Counted from the stretch's first letter, positions 1 to 13,773 are shown. The stretch is DNA of 64,000 nt from Octopus sinensis (GCF_006345805.1 NC_043009.1:34596001-34660000); one strand, 5' to 3'. Translations and numbers: made by a program. Notes: generated by a model not told the origin, from the sequence alone.

Positions 1-285
1 ATGGCGCACAAGAATACAAGATATATACTGGAGCTTCGGAAAATTCCTATAAGACTAGATTATATTTCCACCGAAATTCACTTCGATACCCCGAAAATAG
101 GACAGCAACGTTTCTCGATAAACATGTCTGACAATTGAAAGAAAACGATACCCGTCCTTTCAAAATCAGCTGGACAATCTTGGAGGAAGCAGCATTTAGA
201 CGCCCAATGAGGTGAGGTGCAATTTGTGCCTGACTGAAAAGCTCTTCATTCTGTTCCAGGATAAATACGCACTGAACCAGATATT
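1..285 (+). mobile_element. Penelope-like element (Neptune-type) GIY-YIG endonuclease C-terminal remnant, with stop and frameshift
   Basis: Manual translation: ...KIYTGASENSYKTRLYFHRNSLRYPENRTATFLDKHV*QLKENDTRPFKISWTILEEA, then frameshift to RCNLCLTEKLFILF. This matches the YIG/FK.R/H, ST.LS.H.W, I.W.IL and CNLCL.EK motifs of PLE endonucleases. Confidence 0.8.
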
Positions 286-399
286 ATTATTGATATTTTT
301 AAATGCTATAGATAGAAAGATTGTGATAATGATAATCACTGTGATTATGGAGACGACACAATGCAAGCACGTTAGCTATATATATGTGTATGTACACAC

Positions 400-2910
400 A
401 TGTGCACGTGTATATACAAATATAGAGAGGAAGAGAGATGGGATCTCAATGACAAATCTCGTGGAAACCCCACGAACAACTCATGAAATCATGATGCCAC
501 ACTGCAAGGAAAGAATTAACGGCGAGAATGAAGCTATAACAGATCATGGTGAAGGTTTCCTGCCCGGCACGTCCGAAACCGCCCGCATCAAGGGCAGTGA
601 TCTTGCCTCGGACGGTCGTTATGTCACAACACACCACATACACGATGTGCACAAAACGAGACATAAATGGACAAAGGAAGAGTACGATATACTTACTGAA
701 TGTAATGAAAGAGCAAAGCTGGAAATAAGTCGCGGAGTAGACTGACGTACCTTGAAATTTTGGATGGAAAAGGACATGTGTCCAATGTCAGAAAATAAAG
801 TAAAATGAGAGTGGTTAGGAGAAAGGATTACTTAACCGGAGTAGAAAATTTCGGATTAGTGAGTCTGAGAGACTCTGAGAATGGGCTACAGAGGATGGTC
901 CGAGTTGAAACAGCGATGTAAGATGTGAAAGCAGAGAGAAGAGTAGACAGGAGGAACAGGGAAATGGTGATGGGGATGTTAAGGATGGGGAACCGGAGCG
1001 TTATACAGCGAACCCTGATACTGTGGTGGGTAGACATTCAGGGGAAATGAACCAACTAGATAATGAAGTGTTTGAAATTCAAAGACGACTCACCGACTTG
1101 ATGAATGCTCCAGAAGAAAAAGTTCCCATGAATACGAGAAAGGTAGATAGGAGTATGATGAATAGAATAACACGAAAGATAAATACTGTCATACCAGACA
1201 TCCAGACGGAGGACATAACAAAACAAGGAATCTTCTCCGAGCTATTGTGCTACTTGTTGAGGAAAAATTACCACTTAAGAGAACAAAAGAAAAATGGTGG
1301 AGCAAAAGAACCATGATGGTAACGACGCATTGAAAGGGACATAATGCAGGCAAGGCAAGATCTAGGAAAAATTGAGAAATGGTTAAGAGGAAACTGGAAA
1401 AAATGGGAAAAAGAACAACCAAGATAAATTAAAGAAGAAATATAAAATACGGAAGAACGGGTTTTATGCAGTAATAGATCAATTAAATAAGAGGATCATG
1501 GCAAAAACCAGAAGATCAGAAGATTTGTGAACAGAAATAAGCAGTTCGAGAAGAACAGATTATTCAAAAATAACCCGAAGCAATTCTTCCGAACGTTAGA
1601 AGGAGACAATGGGGAAGATGTTGTTCCTGATGCAAATCAAGCCAAGGAGCTCTGGAGCGGATTATGGGGAAACGATGTGGTGCATAAAATGGATGGAATG
1701 TGGATAGGAACTATCAAGACAGAGTTACAAGGAGGAAAGAAGCAAAGGAGAATTGTCATAAGCACGGGGGATGTGGAAGAACAAGTGAGTAAAGTGCCTA
1801 ACTGAAAATCTCCCGGACCAGATGAGATTCATAGCTTCTGACTGAAAAATGCAACGTGATACTTGAAAGAATAGCACCTCAATTGAATGAGTGTGTCCAG
1901 AAAGGTACATCCCCGTGTGGATGGTGACTAGGAGGACAACACTTATAATGAAAGATAGAAGAAAGGGGAACATTGTGGGAAACTACCGTCCCATAGCATG
2001 CCTAAACATAATCTGGAAGATACTCATTGGAATATGTGCGGCAAAGACATACTTTCCTGGCACAGGAAGAAATACTATCAAGAGAATAAAAAAGATGGAG
2101 GAAGAGTTCTCAGGATACTAAGGATCACTTGGTCATCGATAAAACAATTTTGAGGCATTGTAAAAAACATCATACAAACATATCTATGTCTTGGATTGAC
2201 TTTAAGAAGGCATATGATATGATACCTCATTCTTGGATCGTTGAATGCCATACAGGACGTTAAGGATAATACAGCATCGTTGGCATGGCTTGAGCGAGGT
2301 GATTTGAATCGTACCACCGAAAGCGTGATCATTGCTGCACAAGACCAGGCTCTCGCTTCCAGTTCAGTGGAGTATAACGTCTATAAATCTTCTGACACCT
2401 AGACATGCAGACTGTGTGGAAAGAGTGTGGAAAACGTGACCCACTTGGTAAGTGGATGTGAGAGCCTAGCGCAAAAATAATACAAGTGTCGCTACGATAA
2501 AGTGTTTCTTCATTGGCTCTTATGCCGTAAATACCAATATGAAGTAACAGAGAACTGGTATAAACATGTACCAAGTAAAGGTATGCAGGAGGATGGAAAC
2601 TCATGATTTTTAGACGGATCGTGTAATCGAACACCGTCGGTCGGATACTGTCGTATTGATTAAGAGAGACAAACGTTGTCAGATCATTGATGTAACCATA
2701 CCAAAATGACATAAATGTTGTGAGTAAAGGGGTTAAAAAAGTACTCCGAATTGAAAGTGGAAATGGCAAGACTGTAATGAATACGAGAGGGTAATGTAAA
2801 AGTGATACCAGTGGTGATCGGAGCATTGGGCTCAACCCCATTGAAACTTCAAGACTTTTTAAGGCAACTGGAAGACCCATGCAAGATTGATGTCTTGCAA
2901 AAGTAGCCTT
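400..2910 (+). mobile_element. Degenerate R4/Dong-like non-LTR retrotransposon (RT plus restriction-like endonuclease) with internal deletion
   Basis: Motifs SPGPDEIHSF.LK (~1808), GNYRPIACLNIIWK (~1978), IDFKKAYDMIPHSW (~2195), IIAAQDQAL (~2328), CRLCGKSVENVTHLVSGC (~2406) and an RLE-like DRVIEHRRSDTVVL...IIDVTIP (~2616-2700). Many stops and frameshifts. Confidence 0.85.
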
Positions 2911-3857
2911 ATTGTTTTAGTGTTTTCATCTTTGTAATTGCTGGTGTTATTCTTAGTATTCTTTCCGTTTTTTATATCATCAACTTTGTAGTTGATATTA
3001 TCAATTTTGTTTTTACTCATTTTAGTTTATGTGCTTATAGGTTTAGAGCTTTGTGGGGAATCTCTTAGAGTTAGTTCCCTTCCTTCATTTTCCATATAAC
3101 GCCTATTATCGTTGATACAATCACCTTTTTTCATTTAGTAATTCATTTTGATTTTTCCTACTCTGGTTTTCGTAGAAGCTATTTAATCTTTAACATTTTG
3201 TGCAGAAATAATTTATTATATATTTTGAGTTGCAGAAAGCCACATGGCTCGGTAAACATGTATGACTGTTACTATTATTCATTAATCTGTGTAGAGATAG
3301 AGAAAAGAATAGTTGAAGAATTTTAAATAATCGCCTAAATTTAATTCTGCTACTCTGTAAGGTAGGAAAATAAATTAGCTAATAGATATAATATAAAAAT
3401 GTTCATTATAGAATGTGGGAATCCAATAATAAACTCATTAAATCTATAAATGAAGATACTTCTGCAGTTCATTATAGCAAACGCCTCAGTGTATGACACG
3501 TTTAACCTGAAGGCTTATTTTATAAGTTGATTGTGATTCAAATTAAAATGTCTGAAAAACAATGAAGGCTAATTTTATTGCCTTTAATGCATTAATTGCA
3601 TAATTTCGCATGTAATATGAATAAATGACGTTCGTCACGAAAACGTACGTAACATTGATATGACATTTTCTTTTTCAATTAAATTAAGTATAATTCCCTC
3701 TGAGAGGATTATATCATGCCGACTGGATTGGCAAAGTGCTCATTTTATAAATGACTAGAGTATCAGTAATCATCCTTCGGTTATTCGAACATTTTGCTTG
3801 CCAGGTTCGTATAAGTGATGAGGTGATGGCGTGTATTATTTTAGCTATTCAACTAAA

Positions 3858-3924
3858 TACATGCACACACACACACACACACATATACATAGTATGTATG
3901 TATGTATGTATGTATGTATGTATG

Positions 3925-3955
<31 letters not shown>

Positions 3956-4089
3956 GATATATATATATACATGTATATAGATATATATATATACGTATGT
4001 ATATATACATACATATACATATATATATATACGTATATATATATACATATACTAATATATATATATATCATATATATATGTTGTATATA

Positions 4090-4127
<38 letters not shown>

Positions 4128-4200
4128 CACACACACATATATATGTATACATATGTATGTATATATGTATATATATGTATATATATATATATATATATTC
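3858..4200. repeat. Compound (CA)n/(TATG)n/(TA)n microsatellite
   Basis: Directly visible; source of the YI-rich ORFs. Confidence 0.95.
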
Positions 4201-4229
4201 ATGCTTTTAATTATGCTTTTAATGCTTAA

Positions 4230-4893
4230 AGCAAGAAATTACTCTTCACATTTTATTCGTTTTTTAATCAAGACTGTTCTTTTAGTTCACAACACGCACG
4301 CAATCAGTCGTGTATGCTTTTGATCTTCCGTGAGCAAATGAGGTAAAGATTTTGCTACAACTATTTTCATTCGTAATTCCTCGATCAAAAGTCGTTAGCG
4401 GGAGCTCCAGGACTCATCAGTCATATCAAGTTCGTCAATTGTTTGGTGACGGTCCTCCGAGATCTGTTCATGATGTTTTCATTTGTTCTGGATTTCGACG
4501 GTCGACCTGAACGAGGTTGCTCCTCAAGTGACAAGTGACCATTTCTAAAGCGTGAAAACCACTCGTAAACTTGTGCTTTGCTCATAGCAGCGTACCTGTA
4601 AGCTGTTTGGAGCACCTCAACCGCTTCGACCGCCGTTTTCCTCAGCAAAAAACAGAATTTCAGGGAAGCACGCTGTTCTTTCGTTTCAACCATCGCAAAA
4701 ATCGATGAACAGGGCAGAAGTACTGCAAAACAAAAAAGACGCACCTTGTGGCAGTAAGACTACACTGGAGAACGCCGGTCGGCATACTGATGCCCAAGGG
4801 CGGCATCAAGTGATTTCTAGCGGCGGAAGCCTGAACTACAACGGGCTTGTCCCACAGAGAACGTTTCCGGTCACTTTTGGGTACTCCCTCGTA
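4230..4893 (-). mobile_element. Mariner DNA transposon, 5' half (TIR and N-terminal transposase remnant)
   Basis: Translation EQRASLKFCFLLRKTAVEAVEVLQTAY...VYEWFSRFRNG...EEQPRSGRPS, then [21 protein letters not shown]. The minus strand begins TA|CGAGGGAGTACCCAAAAGT at 4893-4873, a mariner-type TIR with TA target. Confidence 0.85.
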
Positions 4894-6601
4894 CACACTC
4901 AAATATACAACAACAACCGGAAAGAAAACATAAATAGTCATGGCTGAAACGCCTACGATCATAGATCTGTTCAGTGCTAACTTAATCTAAATTATCAACT
5001 AGAAAATGTGTTGCAGTGACAATGAAAAAAATTAGATAAAAACTAACAACAGCAATACCATCCCTACCACCAAAGCCACCATCGCCACGACGACAATAAC
5101 CATCACCAACACTAGTAGTAGTAGTAGTAGTAGCAGCAACAACAACAACAAAAGATGCCATTGACAAGCAAGTCCTGTAATAATGGAATGCACACACTCC
5201 CGGCGGGGATTGCTAATTAGTTTGTTTTCATGTGACAAAACATAACAGCTTTCATCAGTGGAACAACCAAACATTCATTAAACACCGCTATGAAAATCAC
5301 CATTTATTTATGCTCGGGGTTTTTGAGAAATAAATACTTGACTGTTGTTTAACATTGTGATAAAAAGAGACTTGTTATGAAAGAGTGAGGTTCTGTGACT
5401 CTACTACTAAAAATATCGGCCAAATTTCATTCACTTACTGCCTTGAAAACCCAAGGGAGATGCATTGGATAGCATAGTCTTAATTCACAATGCTCGATAA
5501 AAAAAAATGACAAAATCAACAAAGCTAGAATGACATTTTAAATTACTGTTTAATTTAATGTTTATTTTGAAAATAGGGCTGTTCTTGGGGGGCCTTAGCA
5601 GTTCTCCAAAACTGGTTAAATGCGCGTGATTAATATACTTCCTGAACAAGTTGATGGCTGCAAAGACAGCTCGGGAGAGAGTAGAAAGGACAGAATAGAA
5701 AAATGTAGTTGGTGTGGGGACTGAGGAGGGGCGGAATAGAAGTATGAATATGTTGAGAGTGGTTCTGATATGGATAGGTGAAGAGGAGGAGGAGGAGGAG
5801 TAAAAAGGGAGCCGTGTGGGGTTGATTAATTGTGGCAAGAAGCTACAGTAGTTACGGTAGAAGTGACAGAGTGAGGAGACCTAGCAAACGACAGCATATC
5901 AAACAGTCCAGTGCCCTTTTTAAAATTTCAATGTTGGCGTAGGGGTCAAATGCCAACAACGAATGACTGATCATATTGTCACGGTTTTGCTTTAAAATAT
6001 GATGCAAAGAAATGGCTTCGCTGTATAATAACAGAAATCAAAGTAAAGCTTCCCTGTAAAAACCGTAAGATTAGCCATAAAATGTCGTCCGCGTACTTAA
6101 ATATTGATATCTTTACCGAGAGTACCCATATCTAATTTTATGTACGTATGTGCGTGCTTGTGTGTGTGAGTGAGAGACAGAGGGAGGCGAGGGGGAAAGA
6201 GAGAAGGGTTAGGTGGAGAAAGGGATCTAGTATATTTAGACGTCTTTAGCTAACGAATACTTTAACATAACTTTACGTTGTTAACTTACTCTAAAATAAA
6301 TCCCCACATTCTGTAATGTGATGATCTCTTATCTCCATATGCACGATATCACACACACGCGCAGCCCCCCCACACACACACATACACACACACATACACA
6401 CATACACACAAACACACACACACACACAGATACATACACGTGGAGATAAATACGTGTGCATACAGCATACGTATATAGATATTTGTCAGCAAAAGTATGT
6501 TTTCTTCCATACATGTGTAGTAAAATTCATTTTTCACACACAGGACCGATCATACGAGTTCAAAATATTCAAGCAATTCCGGATGTTCCAGAATTAGTTA
6601 C

Positions 6602-6680
<79 letters not shown>

Positions 6681-6956
6681 AGTTAGGATATTATAACACC
6701 ACCACCGCATATATAATATATATATTATATATATAATAAAATATTAGGAATAAATCCAAACTTACTGGGAAAATCAGATTTAGGATTAAATCCAATTTTA
6801 TAGTAAAATATTATATTATATTAAATTAGAGATAAAACCACTATTAGGCAAATTAAACAATGAAAAAACATAAGCCAATACATAAAATTAATTAATTTAT
6901 ATTATTTTAAATATATATCAAAAATATTAAAGTTTAATAAAAGATAATAAGTAAAA

Positions 6957-7025
6957 CACTACGATCGTTTCATGGCTGTCCAATTCGTAATAATTCGAGT
7001 TATGGTTACAGTCAATCTTCAGGTA
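6957..7025 (-). ncRNA. Type-I hammerhead ribozyme motif (mirror copy)
   Basis: Reverse complement of 7090-7158 in the left arm of the palindrome. Confidence 0.7.
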
Positions 7026-7089
7026 ATTGAAATATTTATCTTAGTGAGGTTTAACAATTGTTAAACCTCACTAAGATAAATATTTCAAT

Positions 7090-7158
7090 TACCTGAAGAT
7101 TGACTGTAACCATAACTCGAATTATTACGAATTGGACAGCCATGAAACGATCGTAGTG
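7090..7158 (+). ncRNA. Type-I hammerhead ribozyme motif
   Basis: Stem I uac/gug; CUGAAGA 7093-7099; stem II ugacugu/acagcca; GAAA 7144-7147; palindromic stem III acGAUCgu; GUA site 7153-7155. Confidence 0.7.
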
Positions 7159-7360
7159 TTTTACTTATTATCTTTTATTAAACTTTTAATATATGTTTGA
7201 TATATATTTAAAATAATATAAATTAATTAATTTTATGTATTGGCTTATGTTTTTCATTGTTTATTTGCCTAATAGTGGTTTATCTCTAATTTAATATAAT
7301 ATATATATTATATATATATATATATACAATAACACACACACACACACACACACACAGAGA

Positions 7361-7432
<72 letters not shown>

Positions 7433-8369
7433 ATGCACATATATATGTATGTAAAGGTTGAATGTGGATTTGTCCTTTAATTGGAGTTGTTTCCCAAAAG
7501 TTTTCTAATGTTGATTCTTCTTAATTGCTGAGTGTTTACTGGTGTAAATTGGCGTAGATATGAAAAGTAGTAATACTATATTAAGTGTATGGTTAATTTG
7601 CGGAATGAAGTTCTAAAAATCCAATCATATTTGTCAAAAATGGAGGAGATAAGATGTTAAAAATTTGTAAAGAGTTTATTCATGCATACAATCGTTTTGT
7701 ACATAGATATAAATTAATTTTAGAATTTGCAAATATCAAAGTGCTCATCAGTGCAGAAAAAAAATAGGAACTTAAAAAAGAGCAGAGAAGTTGGATATAT
7801 GAGTTTCATGTTTATTTGTTCATATCCATGTGTGATAGTGATGGGAGTCATGTCAGTTATTAAACCACAACTAACGGATCAACGGTTAGGGGATAATAAA
7901 TACATGGAGGTATCTATAACTTTCTCTCTATAGATTAGTATAGATTGTCTAATTAAAGCTCCATATATGCAGCTTAGCCGACTTAGAGGAATGGAGAAAT
8001 GTCCAATGAGAAAACATTACCTAACGTAAATTAAATCTAACCGTTGAAAACGATACTTGGTGTTGTTTTTTTAAAAATCATAAAAAGTTGAAGAATTTTT
8101 AGCGTAAAAATTGTTTGTAAAGCTTATACTAGAAAGTTAATGTAGTCATACCTATGTCTATGTAATCCCATTTTATCTCCGAACATCTCAACATATCTAT
8201 ATCACTAAATACTTGCATATGTTATTAGTTATTCCATCTTACAAATGAGTATATTTTTAATACTGGTGTATATACACATGCATATTATAGTGCGGTTGTG
8301 CATGTTTGCATCCATGGCTGCATATCTATGTATGTGTATCTGTGTATGTATATATGTGTTTTTAAGTAT

Positions 8370-8410
<41 letters not shown>

Positions 8411-8421
8411 TATGTATATAT

Positions 8422-8660
<239 letters not shown>

Positions 8661-8849
8661 TATATATAGACGTGTCTGTGCATATATGTATATATATATA
8701 TATGTAGATATATGTGTGTTTATTTACATATGCATATATGTATGTGTATCTAATATGTATGTATATGTATATATATTTGTGTATCTATATGCGTTTATGT
8801 GTATGTATACCGCTATATACACAGGACCGCCACAGTATTCATCATAAAC

Positions 8850-9610
8850 TGAGAATGTAAATATTTTCCCATATAATTTTGCTTTCTTTTTCAAGCGTTT
8901 CATCTTTTGTTTGTCCTTCACCTAGTATGTTTGCATTGCTTACTGCTGTTAGCAATTCTTCAGTGTTTCCATTATCATAGTCATTGGGACTTTTCACTTC
9001 CATGTTCACACAGTCCTTGAAACTGACCAGTCCTCTTCCTCCATTTTCACGTTTCATATACAGCCTGTCCACATCTGCCCAGTTATGTAAAACCTTGTAC
9101 ATTGTCATTATTTTCCGAGTTTTTATTTTAATCAATATTTTGCAGTTCCTCTTTGTTCCAATTCGCCTGCCACATATCTCACAACTGATACAGCCCTTGA
9201 ATTTATTACCTTTACAACGTTTCCTGAATTTAACTAAGATTTCAGAGTCAAATCGATCCTTTTGGAAGTACTCTTTTGAAATGGTTTTCTTTATTTCTCT
9301 GTTTTTGACGGTATCTGATTCCAAAATTCCCAAATACTTGTATCCTTGACTTTCTTCAAAACTGATTATTTGACGGTTTAAGTCCCTGATTCTTCTTTAC
9401 ATTCTCCCCCTCACCATCAAAATGGCACGTTTATTGATACCAAATTCCATGCCTATGCCTTTACTGTACTGAAAAGCCTTCTGTTGTTACCAGTGTGCCA
9501 AGACGATCTTCCCCTTTTCCATTAAGATTTAAGCTATTCATGTATAGTAGATGGTTAATCACTCCAACTCCATTTCCCAAATAATTTCCTGCTTTAATAT
9601 CTCTCAAAAT
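8850..9610 (-). mobile_element. R4/Dong-like LINE fragment (RT domains 5-7 and thumb)
   Basis: VINHLLYMNSL (degenerate HLLYMDDL) at ~9560-9530, followed by GILESD and LHNWADVDRLYMKRENGGRGL. Confidence 0.8.
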
Positions 9611-9680
9611 CCAAGCTGATATACTGTCTTTTTAGCAATCTTTGCTCATTCACCATTGTTATTGTTTTTCTAATCATTGA

Positions 9681-9893
9681 AGGCGACGAGCTGGTAGAAT
9701 AGTTAGCACGCCGGGTAAAGTGTTTTGTGGCATTTCGTCCATCCTTACGCTCTGAGTTCAAATTCCGCCGAGGTTGACTTAGCCTTTCACCCTTTCGCAG
9801 CTGATAAAATAAGTACCAGTTGTGCAATGGGATCGGATGTAATCGACTATCTTCATCCCTCGAAATTGCTGTCCTGCCAAAATTTGAAACCAT
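9681..9893 (+). mobile_element. tRNA-derived SINE (family A)
   Basis: Head GGCGACGAGCTGGTAGAATAGTTAGCA...GAGTTCAAATTCC with A/B-box-like motifs, followed by a GATAAAATAAGTACCAG core. Homologous to 9965-10199 and 35545-35720. Confidence 0.8.
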
Positions 9894-9964
9894 TATGAAA
9901 GTTACTTGTTTATCGAGTATATATATTGGACAGTGCATTTGTATGGTAGATAAGCAACTGTTAT

Positions 9965-10199
9965 ACCTATTTCTTTATTACCCACAAGGGGCTAAACATA
10001 GAGGGGACAAACAAGGACAGACATAGGTATTAAGTCGATTACATCGACCCCAGTGCATAACTGGTACTTAATTTATCGACCCCGAAAGGATGAAAGGCAA
10101 AGTCAACCTCGGCGAAATTTGAACTCACAACGTAACGACAAGCGAAATACCGCTAAGCATTTCGCCCGGCGTGCTAACGATTTTGCCAGCTCGCTGCCT
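9965..10199 (-). mobile_element. tRNA-derived SINE (family A), near full length
   Basis: Reverse complement reads GGCAGCGAGCTGGCAAAATCGTTAGCACGCC...GAGTTCAAATTTC...GGGGTCGATAAATTAAGTACCAG...AATAAAGAAATAGGT. Confidence 0.85.
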
Positions 10200-12346
10200 T
10201 TACCCCCTCGCTGCCTGTTATACCGAATATGTTTGCTGTTTGATGATGCGTTTGTATTGTAAATAATACTGTTTTACCTTGCATGTCTGATATGCACAGG
10301 TTTGCATTGTAAACGCCGCTGCCTTACTGACTATGACTTTTGTTTATTAATGTGTATGCTTTATAGGTAAATAAATGTTTTAGCGATCTATTTGATATGT
10401 GTGACGTAGCTTTTTATTGTTTTTCCTGTTTAGTCCGTAACGAAGTAGTCCGTATTGAACATACCAAAGATCGTATATATTTCTGCTGTGATTTGCCCAT
10501 CTTTTTTACAAGCATAGTGCGTATAGGATAACATTACCGAATGTATACTTTCTGTTTGGAGATGGTAGGGTGTAATTTCTGAGAGATTTTGCTGCCATTT
10601 TTAGTAAGACCATAACTTATAATATATAGTTGGAACAAATTTGCAGATAATTTTTCTCCCATATAATCAAAGAATTAATTTTCATCTATTGGACAATTAA
10701 GCAAGCATTTTATGTCCTCAAGGTCATTTAAAACGATATCTGGAAGATTTTTTACTTGTTCTAATAATGTTTGTTTAGAGTTTGTCTAGAGATAGCCTTT
10801 TTTGTAAACTTTGGTACTGAAATTCTTATAATATGGCGGCTATTTATATCTCCCATTAATGAAATCGTAAATGATCTTCTTTATGGTTAATTTCTCTTAC
10901 TAGTAGTAATTCATCGAAGAACTAAAAAAAATTTGTTTTGTCTCTGAATAGATGGATCACGCTTGAAATATCAAATGCCTCTTTTTCCACAGGGCACAGA
11001 TTAAACGAAACGTACTAGCTATTTGTAAATTTTCGTTGGTTTAAAATGGCGAATTTATAAAAGTTTATTAGCATTCACTTTGAACACTCCCTTCTATCGT
11101 CAATCATTTACAGCTACAGCCTTTTAACGTCTGATCTACCATGACAAATTTTAAGCATTCTTTCGTTAAAGTATTTTTTTCGATTCAACAATTATAAATG
11201 TTTCGTTTGCAAAATAGCTCTAAGCAAGGGAAATTATTAATATTTCAAAGTGAATGAGTCACGTATTTATGGTAATAAAACAAACTAGCGCTGGACATTA
11301 ATTTTCTTACAGACAATTCCTTTTACCGACATATTTAGATATATAGGGATATTTATGTGTAATTTTATTTTTCAATATTTCCAGTACTCACTAAAAGTAA
11401 TCCAGATAATGAAAAATATACAAAAATAGTATGAATTATCAAAGTAAATAGAATTAATACAAAGCAGGAGGAATTACATTGAAGACGGTTCGTAAGTTTC
11501 ATTTTCTAATGGTGATTCTTTTGTTCTTCCTCTCTGTGAATCTCTCTCCATCGCTGGTTGATTCGGGTTTTTCTATTTTCGCCTATTGATGTATATAAAC
11601 ACTCATACAAACAAATACCACATTATATATATTTCACTAATACATACATACATGTGTATGTATGCGTGTGTGAAATTAATACACATGTACATACGCGTAT
11701 GTTTATACAGATATATGTCTGTTTATATGTATACTCATGTAGATATACATACATACACATACATATACACATACATATATATGCACATGTGTATACATAT
11801 ATGCATATATACATATGCATATGTGTGTGTGTGCGTGTATATATGCATTTTTTTCTCTCCGTTTTTTTTTCCCAATCTCTCTCCATTTCCCCCTCTTAAT
11901 CCTTTCTGTCAACGAGCGTAGGCTCGAAACGTAGCATATATAGACTGTTAGGTAGTGTACTGCTGTACTTATCAACTATAACTTCTTAAAACCCCAGAAA
12001 GCATATATAGACTATATATTATTCAGAGAAGAATACAGTGTACGTTCAAACACAAAAGAGATACCCGAAGAGTAGGATATCTGACTCGCTAGAAAGAGCA
12101 GTTAAAACTCCAAGCCACCAATTGTTGTAATTCCGAAAGTGATTGAAAAATAAAAACTTTTACCTTAATCCTAGACCCTGCAAGGTTTCTGCAGACTTAA
12201 ATACAGATTGAAATAAAATAATTTCAGTCTATATCTGGCGCTGCATCCTCAGTAGGTTGCCAAGACTGAACACATAGACATGGAGCTATAAGTAATCAGC
12301 CACGTGTCTATAGGTTCTAATTTTTCGAATCTTATTAAGCGAAAAT

Positions 12347-13031
12347 TAACCGAAAATTATCCAAAAACTTACAGTATTTAATTATATCAATGGGAAATGG
12401 AATTTAATTAAAATTAAAAACATTCGATTAAAATTTACATTTCCAGGACTAAAATTTTTTTACGCGTTAGACCACTGGAAATGTAAATTTTAGTTGAATG
12501 TTTTTAATTTTAATTAAATTCCATTTCCCTTTGATATGATTAAATACTGTAAGTTTTTGGATAATTTTTGGTTAATAAGTTGGCGGTTTTTTATTGTAGC
12601 CAACGAAGGACTGCGTCTGCGCAGTAAATTTGAAAAGTTAATTCGTATGAACACCACATATCGTGTGGATATGTTTAACACTAGGTTGGACCTGCTGAAG
12701 AAAATCAAACCTTGTGAGTTCTCCATGACTCGCTAAAAGATGATTAGAAACCAATTGGTCCAGGAAACTAGATGGTAAATGTTTTTCATTTCCAAATATA
12801 TTCCTGTCGAACTTTATCCCGAATTTTTTGTGGTTATAGAACTTAGCTGTTCTTTCTAGCGCGTAGAATCCATATAAGTGGATTCTCTATGTGTTTAAAT
12901 ATACACTATATCATATGACTAATATATAGTCTTCCTGACTAAAATTTTTTACGCGTTAGACTACTGGAAATGTAAATTTTAATTGAATGTTTTTAATTTT
13001 AATTAAATTCCATTTTCCTTTGATATGATTA
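12347..13031 (+). mobile_element. ORF-less terminally redundant element: ~490 bp unit, ~95 bp direct repeat, ~100 bp inverted arm, one hammerhead
   Basis: Direct repeats 12447-12542 and 12937-13031; inverted repeat 12347-12446 vs 12475-12575; ends at (TA)n. Confidence 0.8.
12691..12764 (+). ncRNA. Type-I hammerhead ribozyme motif
   Basis: Stem I ccug/cagg; CUGAAGA 12695-12701; stem II aauca/ugauu with inner gugagu/acucgc hairpin; GAAA 12747-12750; palindromic stem III accAAUUggu; GUC 12758-12760. Confidence 0.8.
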
Positions 13032-13696
13032 TGTATATATTATATATATATATATAATATATATATATATATATACACTTATACACACATGTATACACAC
13101 GAAACTTCTCAATTTCATTGTTCAGGCCTGTACCTTTGCATGACACTTGGGCAAGTGTCTTCTACTATAACCTCGAGCCGACCAAACCATGTAAGTAGAT
13201 TTGATAGACGGAGACTGAAACTCCATCGTATATGTATGTATGTGTATATATTTACGCTTGTGTGCATTTGTGTTAGTGTTTGTTTTTCCTCCAACTTGAC
13301 AACCGATGTTAATTTGCTTACGTCCAGGGACTCAGAGGTTCGGGAGAAACATTCTAATAAAATAAGTACGAAACTTAAAAATAAGCATTAGGAGCGAATT
13401 TTTGGTTAAAACATTCAAGTTAGTGCTGAATATTGCCGCAGTCCAACGCCTAAAACAAGCAAAAGATGCAGTGGACTCTTGGGTTCATGGGAGCCGTTAT
13501 TCCGGCTCTCAACTAAGAGTCTACTGCATCCTATGGCAAAAACCGGTTTAAGCTGATGAAATTCATAACAGAACCATTGTTTTTCTTGTACCATCTTTTT
13601 TTCTCATTACCACTCTATACTCATCAAACATTTTGTTCTGAACCGTACGTATATCGAGTTCTACACCAGGTCTGGCAATGCCTAAATGAAATATTG

Positions 13697-13773
<77 letters not shown>

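Larger units (their letters stand above)
6682..7305. mobile_element. Fold-back (head-to-head) non-coding element with ~245 bp arms, no loop, embedded in (TA)n; probable PLE terminal repeat derivative
   Basis: Palindrome centred on CAA|TTG at 7057/7058. Arms ~6815-7057 and 7058-~7300 are near-perfect reverse complements, and each contains a hammerhead motif. Confidence 0.85.
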
